Counted from the first letter of the stretch, positions 8,761 through 18,198 are shown. The stretch: DNA of 32,000 nucleotides from Erysipelotrichaceae bacterium (GCA_963663995.1 OY760660.1:570001-602000), one strand, 5' to 3'. Program-made: numbers and translations. Notes: a model not told the origin generated them from the sequence alone.

Positions 8761-10007
8761 TAACTAAATAAAACCGCACAGTAGGTTTTCTTCCCTTTCT
8801 TAATCACTGCGACTTGATTGTAAAGCGCGTCTTCTTTTTTCATAACAAAGTCCATGTCAGTTTGTTTTTCACCGTTAATACTAACAGACCCATTTTGAAT
8901 TAGCTCACGAGCTTCACGTTTGCTTACTGCTATTTTCGCATTGACAAGCACATCTATCAAGTTTTCTTCAGTTGAAACATCATAAGTTGGCGCATTTGAT
9001 AAAGCTTCTTTCAATTCATTTAAATTAAGATCACTCCAAGCATTGCTAAAGAATACTTGCGTAATCTTTAAAGCACTCTCTAAAGCTTCCTTAGAATGGA
9101 CAAGCTCAGTGAGTTCTTCAGCTAAGGCTTTTTGTGCTGCCCTTTTATGCGGTTCTTCTAAAACACCTTTTTCAAACGCCATGATTTCATTTGGTGTTTT
9201 CATTGATAAGCGTTTCATAAAATCAATCACATCGGCATCGGCAACATTCATCCAATATTGGTAAAATGCATAAGCAGATGTTCTTTCTGGAGATAACCAG
9301 ATGTTATGTCCTTCAGATTTACCAAATTTTGATCCATCACTATTAGTAATTAAAGGTGATGTTACCCCAAAGACTTTTGCGTTCTCAACTGTTTTACGAA
9401 TCAGTTCTGTACCACTGGTTAAATTACCCCATTGATCACTACCACCAATTTGACATTCACAATTGTAGTTTTTATATAAGTGTAAGAAATCAATCGCTTG
9501 TAGAATGGTATAGGTAAATTCAGTAAAAGAAATACCTGTATCTAAGCGTGATGCGATGGTATCCTTTGCAATCATATAGTTGATATTAAAATATTTACCA
9601 TAGTCTCTTAAGAATGAGAGTAAATCAATTTGTGATAACCAGTCATAGTTATTTAGTGATAATAAAGCATTATCCCCTTCACTACTACAAAATTTATCCA
9701 GTTGGATACGAATATGACGACCATTTTCACGGATTTGTTCCAAGGTTAGTAATTGTCTTTCTGAGGTAGGACGTGGATCACCAATCATTCCAGTACCTCC
9801 ACCTAATAAAGCAATCGGTGTATGTCCTTGATCTTGATATCTTTTAAGTAATAATAATTGTTGTAATGATCCAATATGGAGTGAATCTGCTGTTGGGTCA
9901 AATCCACAGTATAAAGTTAAAGGTTTTTTTAATCTCTCTTTAAACCCTTCAATATCAGTTACATCCTTAACTAAACCACGCCATTCTAATTCTTCAAAAA
10001 AGTTCAT
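8760..10007 (-). CDS. tyrS: Tyrosine--tRNA ligase
   Basis: 415 aa. HIGH-type motif (SLHIGSL), KMSKS-type motif (KFGKS), C-terminal S4 domain. Preceded by a T-box with a UAC specifier. Confidence 0.97.
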   Translation of the reverse strand: MNFFEELEWRGLVKDVTDIEGFKERLKKPLTLYCGFDPTADSLHIGSLQQLLLLKRYQDQGHTPIALLGGGTGMIGDPRPTSERQLLTLEQIRENGRHIRIQLDKFCSSEGDNALLSLNNYDWLSQIDLLSFLRDYGKYFNINYMIAKDTIASRLDTGISFTEFTYTILQAIDFLHLYKNYNCECQIGGSDQWGNLTSGTELIRKTVENAKVFGVTSPLITNSDGSKFGKSEGHNIWLSPERTSAYAFYQYWMNVADADVIDFMKRLSMKTPNEIMAFEKGVLEEPHKRAAQKALAEELTELVHSKEALESALKITQVFFSNAWSDLNLNELKEALSNAPTYDVSTEENLIDVLVNAKIAVSKREARELIQNGSVSINGEKQTDMDFVMKKEDALYNQVAVIKKGKKTYCAVLFS

Positions 10008-10026
10008 ATTTTCTCCTTAATCATAT

Positions 10027-10245
10027 AAAAAGCACCCCTAAGGGTGCTTGATTTGCACGGTACCACCTTAGTTAGTTCTAATCTTCAGAACCCACTCATC
10101 ACTTTAACGCAGTGATACGACTTTACTTTTCATAAAGTTGCTCAAAGTTGTATTCATAAATAACATTGCAATTGTTTTCACCTGCCACAATTGTCGCTAA
10201 ATTTTACCTGTCTATTTACTACTTAATCTTCTCTATGCATTTAAT
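10027..10245 (-). promoter_or_regulatory. T-box riboswitch leader (tyrosine specifier UAC) with terminator/antiterminator
   Basis: All on the minus strand. Stem I elements: AGUAGUA, UUAGCGAC and a distal hairpin AAUUGU-GGCAGGUGAAAA-CAAUUG. Specifier context AUGAA-UAC-A, with the codon at 10150-10152. T-box sequence AAGGUGGUACCGUG at 10056-10069. Terminator AGCACCC-UUAG-GGGUGCU plus a U-run at 10027-10048. Candidate promoter TCGACA-16 nt-TATACT, with the -10 at 10255-10260, inside the 3' end of the upstream gene. Confidence 0.85.
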
Positions 10246-10263
10246 ACAAATACTAGTATACCT

Positions 10264-11253
10264 TTATTTTGTCGATTGTCGAGGGGTATAAAGATATGAT
10301 AGTTCGATTTCTTTTTCATCAACTGGATCTTGTTTCAACATTTTTGTCATAACACGCATCGATACAGCCCCTAGATCATAAGATGGAATGGTGAAACTGG
10401 ATAATTGTGGACGAACCATTGAGTTATATTTCGTATCAACGATACAAACAACTTCCATTTCATCAGGGATTTTAATTCCATTCTCTGCTGCTGCATTATT
10501 TATCGCTAAAGCTTGAGAATCACGGTGAGCAATAATTAATTCATGTTTATTATTCTTAAGATACTCTTTCAAATAAGTATAAGATGAACGATATTCAGCA
10601 GGAATTTCAATAAATTGCTTAAATTCTTTACCTTTTTCACTAAAAGCCAAAGACGCACCTTTAATCATTTCATCGATCATATATTTATTCTTACGGTCTT
10701 GAATAATCGCAATATCTTCGACACCTTTGTCTAAATATTTTTTAGTTAATTCATAAACTGCTTTACGTAAATCAACAAAAACTGAACTGATATTATCCGT
10801 CGACATTTTATTTCCAATCATAACAATTGGGAAATCATATTTTGTTAAAGCACCTAGTTCAGTATCCATCATTTTATCGTTATAAATAACAACTCCATCA
10901 ACTCTTGATTTAATAATGTTTTCAATGACATCTGCAATTGAAACAATTCCCTCTGAAGCTGTATGTAACATAATGTTATATTTATAAATCTTAGCAACAT
11001 CTAAAATACCGTTAATAATTTGTCCAGTATATGAAAAACTGGCTTCTGGAACAACCAATGCGATGGTTGTTGTTTTTTGTAAAGCTAATCCTTGGGCAAT
11101 CGCATTAGGTTTATACCCTAAACGATCAATCGCATCATTGACTCGTTGACGCGTATCTTCACGTACAATTTCTAAGCCATTAATAACACGTGAAACCGTT
11201 GCTAAAGAGACTTTAGCTTCCTTGGCTACATCATAAATTGTTACGCGCTTCAT
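10264..11253 (-). CDS. ccpA: LacI-family transcriptional regulator, probable catabolite control protein A
   Basis: 329 aa. The N-terminal HTH (VTIYDVAKEAKVSLATVSRVING...LGYKPNAIAQGLA) and IYKYNIML closely parallel Bacillus CcpA as I recall it. Position between ytxH/G-like genes and tyrS fits the synteny. Confidence 0.65.
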   Translation of the reverse strand: MKRVTIYDVAKEAKVSLATVSRVINGLEIVREDTRQRVNDAIDRLGYKPNAIAQGLALQKTTTIALVVPEASFSYTGQIINGILDVAKIYKYNIMLHTASEGIVSIADVIENIIKSRVDGVVIYNDKMMDTELGALTKYDFPIVMIGNKMSTDNISSVFVDLRKAVYELTKKYLDKGVEDIAIIQDRKNKYMIDEMIKGASLAFSEKGKEFKQFIEIPAEYRSSYTYLKEYLKNNKHELIIAHRDSQALAINNAAAENGIKIPDEMEVVCIVDTKYNSMVRPQLSSFTIPSYDLGAVSMRVMTKMLKQDPVDEKEIELSYLYTPRQSTK

Positions 11254-11765
11254 TCTTCAGTTTTCTCTTCTTCTTTTTCTGGTTTTAACCATTCTTTTAG
11301 TTTATCAACGCCTTTATCAGCTAATTCAATCGTTTTATCTTTAGCTTTGTCGATATTTTTTTGAACATCAGGGCGTTCAATAAACTCTTTTGTTTTACCA
11401 CTGACATATTCATATGAATCTTCAACGCCTTCTTTAACGCTATCTACAACTTTTTTGATTGTTTCGTTTTCGTTCACTTTATCACTCAAACGTTTAGCAC
11501 TATCAACAACGGGATCTGTTAAATCTCTAAATCGTTCTTTTACTTCTTCATCTTTCGCGACTTCACCTACTTTTTTCGCAAGGACTGCTGCCGCTTCTTT
11601 GACTTTTAAATAAAACTCATCAACACCTTCTTTAAGATGTACATCTTCAGCAAATGCTTTTGAATGTTTCGCAGCTTTATCTAAAACGTCCTTTAAACTT
11701 TCTTTTTCTCTTGATTCAGTTTCCATTTCTTCTGAATTCATTTCTTTATTATCTTCCATCATCAA
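11250..11765 (-). CDS. Glu/Lys-rich helical protein, YtxH/LEA-like (general-stress type)
   Basis: 171 aa, no TM helix, repetitive charged helical sequence (KDV..KA..K...E). Its position matches ytxH. Assignment rests on composition and synteny only. Confidence 0.4.
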   Translation of the reverse strand: MMMEDNKEMNSEEMETESREKESLKDVLDKAAKHSKAFAEDVHLKEGVDEFYLKVKEAAAVLAKKVGEVAKDEEVKERFRDLTDPVVDSAKRLSDKVNENETIKKVVDSVKEGVEDSYEYVSGKTKEFIERPDVQKNIDKAKDKTIELADKGVDKLKEWLKPEKEEEKTEE

Positions 11766-11777
11766 TTCCTCCTGTTC

Positions 11778-12176
11778 TTAGATTGATTCGCCTTCTTCAG
11801 GCTCATAAACACTTTCTTCTACAGTCTTATCTGTTTTATTAAACAAAGTTAAGATCCATTTTTTTATCGAATCATAATTTTCGACAAAGAGTTTTGCTAA
11901 TTTTGTTAATGATTGTGAAGCCATTGTGCTTGCTGTATCAATCCCATTTGTAATCATACGTACAGTTTTAAGTGATGCGGAAACATCATCTATAGCTTCA
12001 TCTACTACCCCAAGTGTTTTTTCGAGATGCTCAACGGTTGCACTAGCCTGTTTGATTAAATCCAAGACATTCTTAAGTAAAACCAAAAGAAAAATAAGCA
12101 CACCCGCACCCAATATTGGTAAGATTAGCACTGATACTTCCCTTAATATTTGTAAAAATTCATCCATATCTAGCAC
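11778..12176 (-). CDS. DUF948/YtxG-like membrane-anchored coiled-coil protein
   Basis: 132 aa. One N-terminal TM helix (VSVLILPILGAGVLIFLLVLL) then a helical domain. Lies directly downstream of murC, as ytxG does in B. subtilis. Confidence 0.55.
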   Translation of the reverse strand: MLDMDEFLQILREVSVLILPILGAGVLIFLLVLLKNVLDLIKQASATVEHLEKTLGVVDEAIDDVSASLKTVRMITNGIDTASTMASQSLTKLAKLFVENYDSIKKWILTLFNKTDKTVEESVYEPEEGESI

Positions 12177-12213
12177 CTCTTTAAAATCATTATAGATATA
12201 AATGAAAGAATTT

Positions 12214-13521
12214 TCAATAATTTTGATAGCGCTTTAGTAAATCAGACAAAATATAAATATCTTTCGATGACATAAAGAGATAAACAGCTGGCTGTAAGCT
12301 TTCTAAGATACGTGCACCCTTTTCGTTTTCTTCGATAACTAAAGCATTTTCAATACGTTCTCTTAGATAGTCAATCGTAATGTCATAACCCTCTTCTTGA
12401 TCATCAATCGCATTAAATCCAACTAAATAACAATCATCAGCTTTTTTTAGAGCTTTCGCGAAATCATCGACAAAGTGATATAGTCGAGAAACACGATGTG
12501 GTTTAAAAATTGCGACGAGTCGTTTATCAGGATATCTAAGTCTAGCCGCATCAATTGTCACTGAAACTTCAGTGGGATGATGAGCATAATCATCGATATA
12601 AACATTCTCACCTATTTCTTCTACGACAAAACGTCGAGCTGCATTTTCAAAAGTAGAAATTCCTTTTTGAATACTTTCGATATCAACACCTTCAGCTATC
12701 GCAATGGCCATACAACCAATCGCATTCCATACTAAATGACGACCAGAGAATGGTAATTCAATAATGCCTTTATCAACCCCACAATAAGTTAATTGCAATT
12801 TTGTATGATATTTATCTTCAGAAATAATGGAACCAACAATATCATTATCTGGATTTAAACCATAGGTATAAGCTTTACAATGAATGTTCAAAGATTTAAC
12901 TAAAGGATCATCCCCAAATAAGAATAGTGCTTCTTTAATATTTCTAGAGTAATCTTCATAAGCTGATCGATATTCATCCTCAGTCTTAAAAAAATCAACA
13001 TGATCGTAATCAACATTTGTAATTAAAGCAAATTTTGGATGATAAGAATGGAAAAAGCGACGATACTCATCTGCTTCCACCACAAAATAAGTATCTTCTT
13101 TGTGAAGATGTCCATGACCATCACCAATTAAATAACCAGTTTTATCAAAAGCTTTTAAAATTGATGTCATCATTTTTGTAGATGTTGTTTTACCGTGCGA
13201 ACCACTAATCCCAATACTGGTATATTCATTCATTAGTAATCCCAAATATTCATGATAGCGATAGCTAATATAATCGCCTTCTTTGATTTTAACAACATCT
13301 TCAAAATCATCTTTAAAAGCATTCCCAATAATCACAGTTGTCTTTGGACTAGGTAGAGTTCCAAATGGATAAATGGGAATGTTTAATTCATGTAATTGTT
13401 CTTCAGTAAACAAATGTTTATCAATATCAGATCCACTAACACTATGCCCTAAACTCTTTAAAATACAAGCTAGTGCTGCCATGCCTGAACCTTTAATACC
13501 TAAAAAGAAAAATTCATTCAT
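12214..13521 (-). CDS. murC: UDP-N-acetylmuramate--L-alanine ligase
   Basis: 435 aa. FFLGIKGSGMAALA N-terminal nucleotide-binding fold, Mur ligase P-loop GISGSHGKTTST, DDYAHHP motif. Confidence 0.95.
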   Translation of the reverse strand: MNEFFFLGIKGSGMAALACILKSLGHSVSGSDIDKHLFTEEQLHELNIPIYPFGTLPSPKTTVIIGNAFKDDFEDVVKIKEGDYISYRYHEYLGLLMNEYTSIGISGSHGKTTSTKMMTSILKAFDKTGYLIGDGHGHLHKEDTYFVVEADEYRRFFHSYHPKFALITNVDYDHVDFFKTEDEYRSAYEDYSRNIKEALFLFGDDPLVKSLNIHCKAYTYGLNPDNDIVGSIISEDKYHTKLQLTYCGVDKGIIELPFSGRHLVWNAIGCMAIAIAEGVDIESIQKGISTFENAARRFVVEEIGENVYIDDYAHHPTEVSVTIDAARLRYPDKRLVAIFKPHRVSRLYHFVDDFAKALKKADDCYLVGFNAIDDQEEGYDITIDYLRERIENALVIEENEKGARILESLQPAVYLFMSSKDIYILSDLLKRYQNY

Positions 13522-14279
13522 TAGTTTTCATCAAATAAAGAAAATTGATGTGCATCTTCATCATCAATTTGATCAAGTTTAACACTTTCTTCTTTATGAG
13601 CTCCTAATAAATCATCTAAGTTCATATCTTCATAGACTGTTTTCTTCGTTTCTACTTCTTCTTCATTTAAAAATTCTTCAAAACGCTGATTTGTTGTTTC
13701 TTCAACAATCGCATCAAAATGGACAACTTCTTCAATCGGTTCTGAAATTTTAACTTTTTCAGGGGTGATTTCTATTTTTTCTTCACGAAAAACCTCTTTT
13801 TGTTTTTTCACTTCTAAGTCACCATAGATTGGTGAAATAACGGTATTAATAACAGAACGTGGTAATGTCGCATGAGCTTCTTGAATAACTCTAGGTTCAC
13901 TTTCAGGATGTTTTGATTCGGTTGCGCCAAACATAGGTGAAATAACAGGATGAAATTCATAAACCTTTTTCAATGGTTCATTAACTTGTTGTTTTACTTT
14001 TTTGACTTCAACATCATCAGCAGATAAGCCAAAACGTTTTGTTTCAACGATTTCTTTTACTTCATCTTCAATCAATAAATCTTCGATTGCATCAGTTTCA
14101 TTAAGCTCTTCTTTGACTGCTTCAACCAGCTTTTCTTCTTTGGTATTTGAAAGTTCTGGATTCATTTGTGCAATCACAGATTTTTTAACAGGTGGTTTTT
14201 CAGTTTCAATTTCATCATCTATCTCTTCAATGATTTCATCTTCTTCTTCAAAAAGTAATGATTGTAATTTCTTCCACAT
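13521..14279 (-). CDS. Acidic, low-complexity hypothetical protein, translationally coupled to murC
   Basis: 252 aa; by my count 68 residues are Asp or Glu. AAGGAG RBS 8 nt upstream of the ATG. Its stop overlaps the murC start (TAATG). I recognise no domain. See finding. Confidence 0.6.
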   Translation of the reverse strand: MWKKLQSLLFEEEDEIIEEIDDEIETEKPPVKKSVIAQMNPELSNTKEEKLVEAVKEELNETDAIEDLLIEDEVKEIVETKRFGLSADDVEVKKVKQQVNEPLKKVYEFHPVISPMFGATESKHPESEPRVIQEAHATLPRSVINTVISPIYGDLEVKKQKEVFREEKIEITPEKVKISEPIEEVVHFDAIVEETTNQRFEEFLNEEEVETKKTVYEDMNLDDLLGAHKEESVKLDQIDDEDAHQFSLFDEN

Positions 14280-14291
14280 ACATTTATCTCC

Positions 14292-15026
14292 TTAATCCTG
14301 TAGAATTTCTTCTTCAGTTGGTGAATCATTAATGATTTCGTAATAGTCTTCATCTAACAAGTTAGACTCTTCACCTTCTATCATATCAAGAACTGTTCCA
14401 GATTCAGGTGCCATTTGCGAAAACATATTTAAATTAGCTTTCTGATAATTGATCGTTTCAGCATTTGAATAATGAGCTAAGATAAGTGGTCGATCAATGA
14501 CCACTGTACGCGCTAAGCGCAACATTTCGTAAGCTGTTTGACTGACTAAACCGACATTTGTTTTAGCAGAGATTAATGAGGCTTGTGTTTGAATAACAAT
14601 TAAATACTCATCATTTTCTAAATCAAATAGCTGTGCTTTATAGCTTTGATCAAAACCTCGATTATCAACACTTTTGCCTTCTACATTAATTAAAGCTTTT
14701 GCTTCATCAAAGACAAGTCTTAGATTATTGGCATTCGCTAAAGAATTATTCAAAATAATATTAACGATATCAAGTGTTAAAAGGATTTCAGTATCATTTG
14801 ATTTTAATACGACAGAACTTTCACTTGATGTCACTCGACCCATCGTGATTGGTAAGTAATAATCAAAATAAGATGCCGTATGGTTGCTCATTCTCGCAAT
14901 GTTTGAATGAGCAGCATCTTCAATCGCAGCACTAAAAGAATACTCAACAGAATTAGCACTTTCCATGCAGCCACTCAGCATTCCTACAACGATTAAACTA
15001 AGACATAATCTCATCCATTTTTGCAT
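14292..15026 (-). CDS. Hypothetical lipoprotein
   Basis: 244 aa. Signal peptide MQKWMRLCLSLIVVGMLSGC with a canonical lipobox (L-S-G-C) and an acidic C-terminal tail. Abuts the stop of the upstream M42 peptidase gene with no gap. Confidence 0.6.
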   Translation of the reverse strand: MQKWMRLCLSLIVVGMLSGCMESANSVEYSFSAAIEDAAHSNIARMSNHTASYFDYYLPITMGRVTSSESSVVLKSNDTEILLTLDIVNIILNNSLANANNLRLVFDEAKALINVEGKSVDNRGFDQSYKAQLFDLENDEYLIVIQTQASLISAKTNVGLVSQTAYEMLRLARTVVIDRPLILAHYSNAETINYQKANLNMFSQMAPESGTVLDMIEGEESNLLDEDYYEIINDSPTEEEILQD

Positions 15027-16112
15027 TTATTGGTTGGCCTTTTTAATTGTGTCTATTGTATCATTATTCAAAGATTTAAGAACGCTTAGAATCGCCTTTA
15101 ATGCATTTTCATAATCATCCACATCAATGATACTGGAAGGTGAATGTATGTTTCTAGCACAGATACATTGGGTTAATGTTGGGATCCCTTCAAATTGTTT
15201 ATGAATCGCTCCAGCATCTGTTCCACCCATCGATTGATAGTATTGAAATGGAATCTTTTCTTGTTCTAAAAGATCTTCATAAAAATTGATAAAACCACGA
15301 TGTGGTAAATAATTCGCATCAATAAAACGAACCAAAGGACCTTGGCCAAGTTGCCCAAAAGCATCTTTATCTCCACTTAAGTCATTCGCTGGTGAACAAT
15401 CTAAAACAATTGCTAAATCAGGATTGAGTTTATAAGTCGCTGTTTGTGCACCACGTGTTCCTACTTCTTCTTGAACATTTGCACCAATGGCGACATCAAC
15501 ATCCAAATCTAGATTTTGAATGGCTTCTAACACTTCAATACCAGCAATACATCCATAACGATTATCCCATGCTTTCGCAAGTAGTCTTTTCCCACCTTCT
15601 AAAACTTCAAAAGTACCTTCAAGCACAATAGGTGACCCAGCTTTTATTTTCAAAGCTTCAACTTCTTCTTTTGTATTACAACCAATATCGACTAACATAT
15701 TGTCAATTTCCATCGGTTTATTACGTACATCAGCACTCAATAAATGCGGAGGAATAGAGGCAATTGTTCCTTTTACTTTTTTCCCATCACGACTTTTTAC
15801 AATCACACGAGAACTTAGTAAAACTTGTGACCACCAGCCACCAATGGGAGCTATTTTTAAAGCTCCTTTTTCAGTGACTGATTTAACGATGAAACCAATC
15901 TCATCCATATGCCCTGAAATCATAAGTAAAGGAGCATTATCTTTTCCACAGCGTTTAATCGCATAAATAGAGCCTAAGTTATCATAGACAATTTCATCAG
16001 AAAGAGGTTCATAATATTTTTTCAAAATACTTGATAGTTCTTGTTCATCGCCACTGATCGCATGAACTTGGGTTATTTCTTCCATCATCTTTAATTGTTT
16101 TTGACATAACAT
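15027..16112 (-). CDS. M42 family metallo-aminopeptidase (YtoP/PepA/FrvX-like)
   Basis: About 361 aa from the ATG at 16110-16112 (GGAGG RBS 8 nt upstream; the ORF-track start at 16127 is a TTG). ISGHMDEIGF metal-binding motif, and EEVGTRGA and GGTDAG motifs typical of M42. Confidence 0.85.
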   Translation of the reverse strand: MLCQKQLKMMEEITQVHAISGDEQELSSILKKYYEPLSDEIVYDNLGSIYAIKRCGKDNAPLLMISGHMDEIGFIVKSVTEKGALKIAPIGGWWSQVLLSSRVIVKSRDGKKVKGTIASIPPHLLSADVRNKPMEIDNMLVDIGCNTKEEVEALKIKAGSPIVLEGTFEVLEGGKRLLAKAWDNRYGCIAGIEVLEAIQNLDLDVDVAIGANVQEEVGTRGAQTATYKLNPDLAIVLDCSPANDLSGDKDAFGQLGQGPLVRFIDANYLPHRGFINFYEDLLEQEKIPFQYYQSMGGTDAGAIHKQFEGIPTLTQCICARNIHSPSSIIDVDDYENALKAILSVLKSLNNDTIDTIKKANQ

Positions 16113-16741
16113 TACTTCTTCCTCCAAACAGCTCGATAAATGGGTTGTCCTAACTCCATAAAACGATTTTCATATTCTGTGATGACATCTTCAGGATGTG
16201 CATCAGCTCGATAATTGACACTAAACTCAATCATTTCTAGAGGATAGTTTTCCCACAATAAAAGCGTATATTCAAAAAGTTTTTGATTATCCGTTTTAAA
16301 GCGTATTTCACCTTTGTCTTTTAAGATATTAAGTAATCGTTCAACAAATAAATCACTCGTTAAACGTCTTTTGGTATTTCTTTTCTTTGGCCAAGGATCT
16401 GAAAAATTTAAGTGAATACGATCAACTTCACCTTTTTCAAACCATTCTTCAATTTTTTCAGCATCACCATTTATCCAAAAAGTATTATCAATCGTTTGCC
16501 CTTCTACTTTTTTTAAGGCAACTGCTGACACGTTTTCTTCTTTTTCGACACCGACCCAAAAAGCATCCTTTTCTTTTTGTGCCATATTAAAAATATAATC
16601 ACCTTTACCACAGCCAATTTCACAAATTAGTTTTTGATAAGGTTTTTTTAACCATTTACCCTTATAAGTCTCACCATCAAAAGCTACATTTTGACAGCTT
16701 TCTAAATAATCATGTGCCCAAGGCTTACGTCGCATTCTCAT
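16112..16741 (-). CDS. trmB: tRNA (guanine46-N7)-methyltransferase
   Basis: 209 aa. MRMRRKPWA N-terminus, SAM motif EIGCGKGDY, NFSDPWPKKR, YENRFMELGQPIYR. Near-collinear with Bacillus TrmB as I recall it. Confidence 0.95.
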   Translation of the reverse strand: MRMRRKPWAHDYLESCQNVAFDGETYKGKWLKKPYQKLICEIGCGKGDYIFNMAQKEKDAFWVGVEKEENVSAVALKKVEGQTIDNTFWINGDAEKIEEWFEKGEVDRIHLNFSDPWPKKRNTKRRLTSDLFVERLLNILKDKGEIRFKTDNQKLFEYTLLLWENYPLEMIEFSVNYRADAHPEDVITEYENRFMELGQPIYRAVWRKK

Positions 16742-16743
16742 GA

Positions 16744-18114
16744 TTACTGCGTTAGCTCAACAATTGCTTTTGCATAAATAGCCGTTGCTAATAAGAATTG
16801 TTCAATTTCATAGCCTTCATCGGCTTGATGTACTTGACCAACCCATTCAGGACGCTCACGTGTAGGGAATTCTGCTCCAAACGCAACAAAGTTTTTGAAA
16901 GCACGGGCATAAGTGCCCCCGCCCATTGTTAATAATGGAGTCACATAGTCCCCTGAGAAATCACGATAGATGTTTTCTAAAGTAGAAACAAGTGTACTTT
17001 TTGGATCAACAAATAAATAATCTTTGTTTTGAATTAAGTTAATTGTTAGTTCTGATTTTTGTGCTTTAAAACTTTCTGTAATATTGTCTAAAATCGTTTT
17101 TGAATCAGTCACATTAGGATATCGAATATCTAAAACAATATGAACATTTCCATCAACAATATTCATGACACCAACATTCATTGATAAATAACCCATGTGT
17201 GAACCAAAGGTTTTGATATTAAGATTTGCACCACGCCAATCAGCTAATAAATATGCTGTATTAATCGCAAATTGATCATGATAGGCTGCCCCAACAAAGT
17301 TAAGTAAATGCCATGCCGCATTCACACCTTCATCTGGTCGAGACCCATGGGCAAAAGCCCCTTTTAAATAATAAGTCGCTTTACCATCTTTAAATTCACA
17401 ATGTCCTTTAATTTGATGAGATGTCTGATAGAATTCAAAAGCTTCTTCTTTTAATTCACCATTCACAATAATCTCAGCTTCACCAATGACAATATTAGGT
17501 CTTTCACCTGCTTGAATAGAATGAATAACGGTTTCTACTTTGCCATCCAAAGAAAGATTTAAAATCCCTTTTTCACCATAGATAACAGGAAAATCAGCAT
17601 CCGGTACAAATCCAAAACTAGGGATTTCACCATGCTCATTATAGTAATCCATGCAGGTCATACCACTTTCTTCATCACAACCAACAATTAAATGAATTCG
17701 CTTATTTGGTTTAAAACCACTTTCTTTAAGTAGTTTCATCGCATAGTAGCCAGCCATCGTTGGACCTTTATCATCCTGTGATCCACGTGCCATAATATAA
17801 CCATCTTTTATTTCTGCACCAAATGGATCAAATGTCCAACCAGTTCCAACAGGTACAACATCTAAGTGACCTAAAATACCTAGTATTTCTTCACCTTCGC
17901 CCCATTCAACAACACCTGCATAACCTTCATAGTCTTTAACTTTAAAACCATCTTTTTGACCTAAGTTTAAAACATAATCTAAAGCTTTTCTAAGTTCTAA
18001 CCCAAACGGTGCATTTTCACTAGCATCTGATTTTAATGAAGGAATTCTAAGTAATCCTTGTAAATCAGAGATCATTTCATCTTTGCGAAGTTCAACTTCT
18101 TTTTTGTAATCCAT
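16744..18114 (-). CDS. pepV: M20 family dipeptidase PepV
   Basis: 456 aa. GHLDVVPVG, ARGSQDDKGP, and CDEESG metal and catalytic motifs. Confidence 0.85.
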   Translation of the reverse strand: MDYKKEVELRKDEMISDLQGLLRIPSLKSDASENAPFGLELRKALDYVLNLGQKDGFKVKDYEGYAGVVEWGEGEEILGILGHLDVVPVGTGWTFDPFGAEIKDGYIMARGSQDDKGPTMAGYYAMKLLKESGFKPNKRIHLIVGCDEESGMTCMDYYNEHGEIPSFGFVPDADFPVIYGEKGILNLSLDGKVETVIHSIQAGERPNIVIGEAEIIVNGELKEEAFEFYQTSHQIKGHCEFKDGKATYYLKGAFAHGSRPDEGVNAAWHLLNFVGAAYHDQFAINTAYLLADWRGANLNIKTFGSHMGYLSMNVGVMNIVDGNVHIVLDIRYPNVTDSKTILDNITESFKAQKSELTINLIQNKDYLFVDPKSTLVSTLENIYRDFSGDYVTPLLTMGGGTYARAFKNFVAFGAEFPTRERPEWVGQVHQADEGYEIEQFLLATAIYAKAIVELTQ

Positions 18115-18160
18115 ATTCTAACCTCATTTTCTAAAAATCTTACTCTACAATTCTACCACT

Positions 18161-18188
18161 AATAAAAGAAAACCTAGATACCTAGGCT
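18161..18188 (-). terminator. Rho-independent terminator after pnp
   Basis: Minus strand: AGCCUAG-GUAU-CUAGGUU followed by UUCUUUUAUU. Confidence 0.55.
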
Positions 18189-18198
18189 TTCATTTTTA

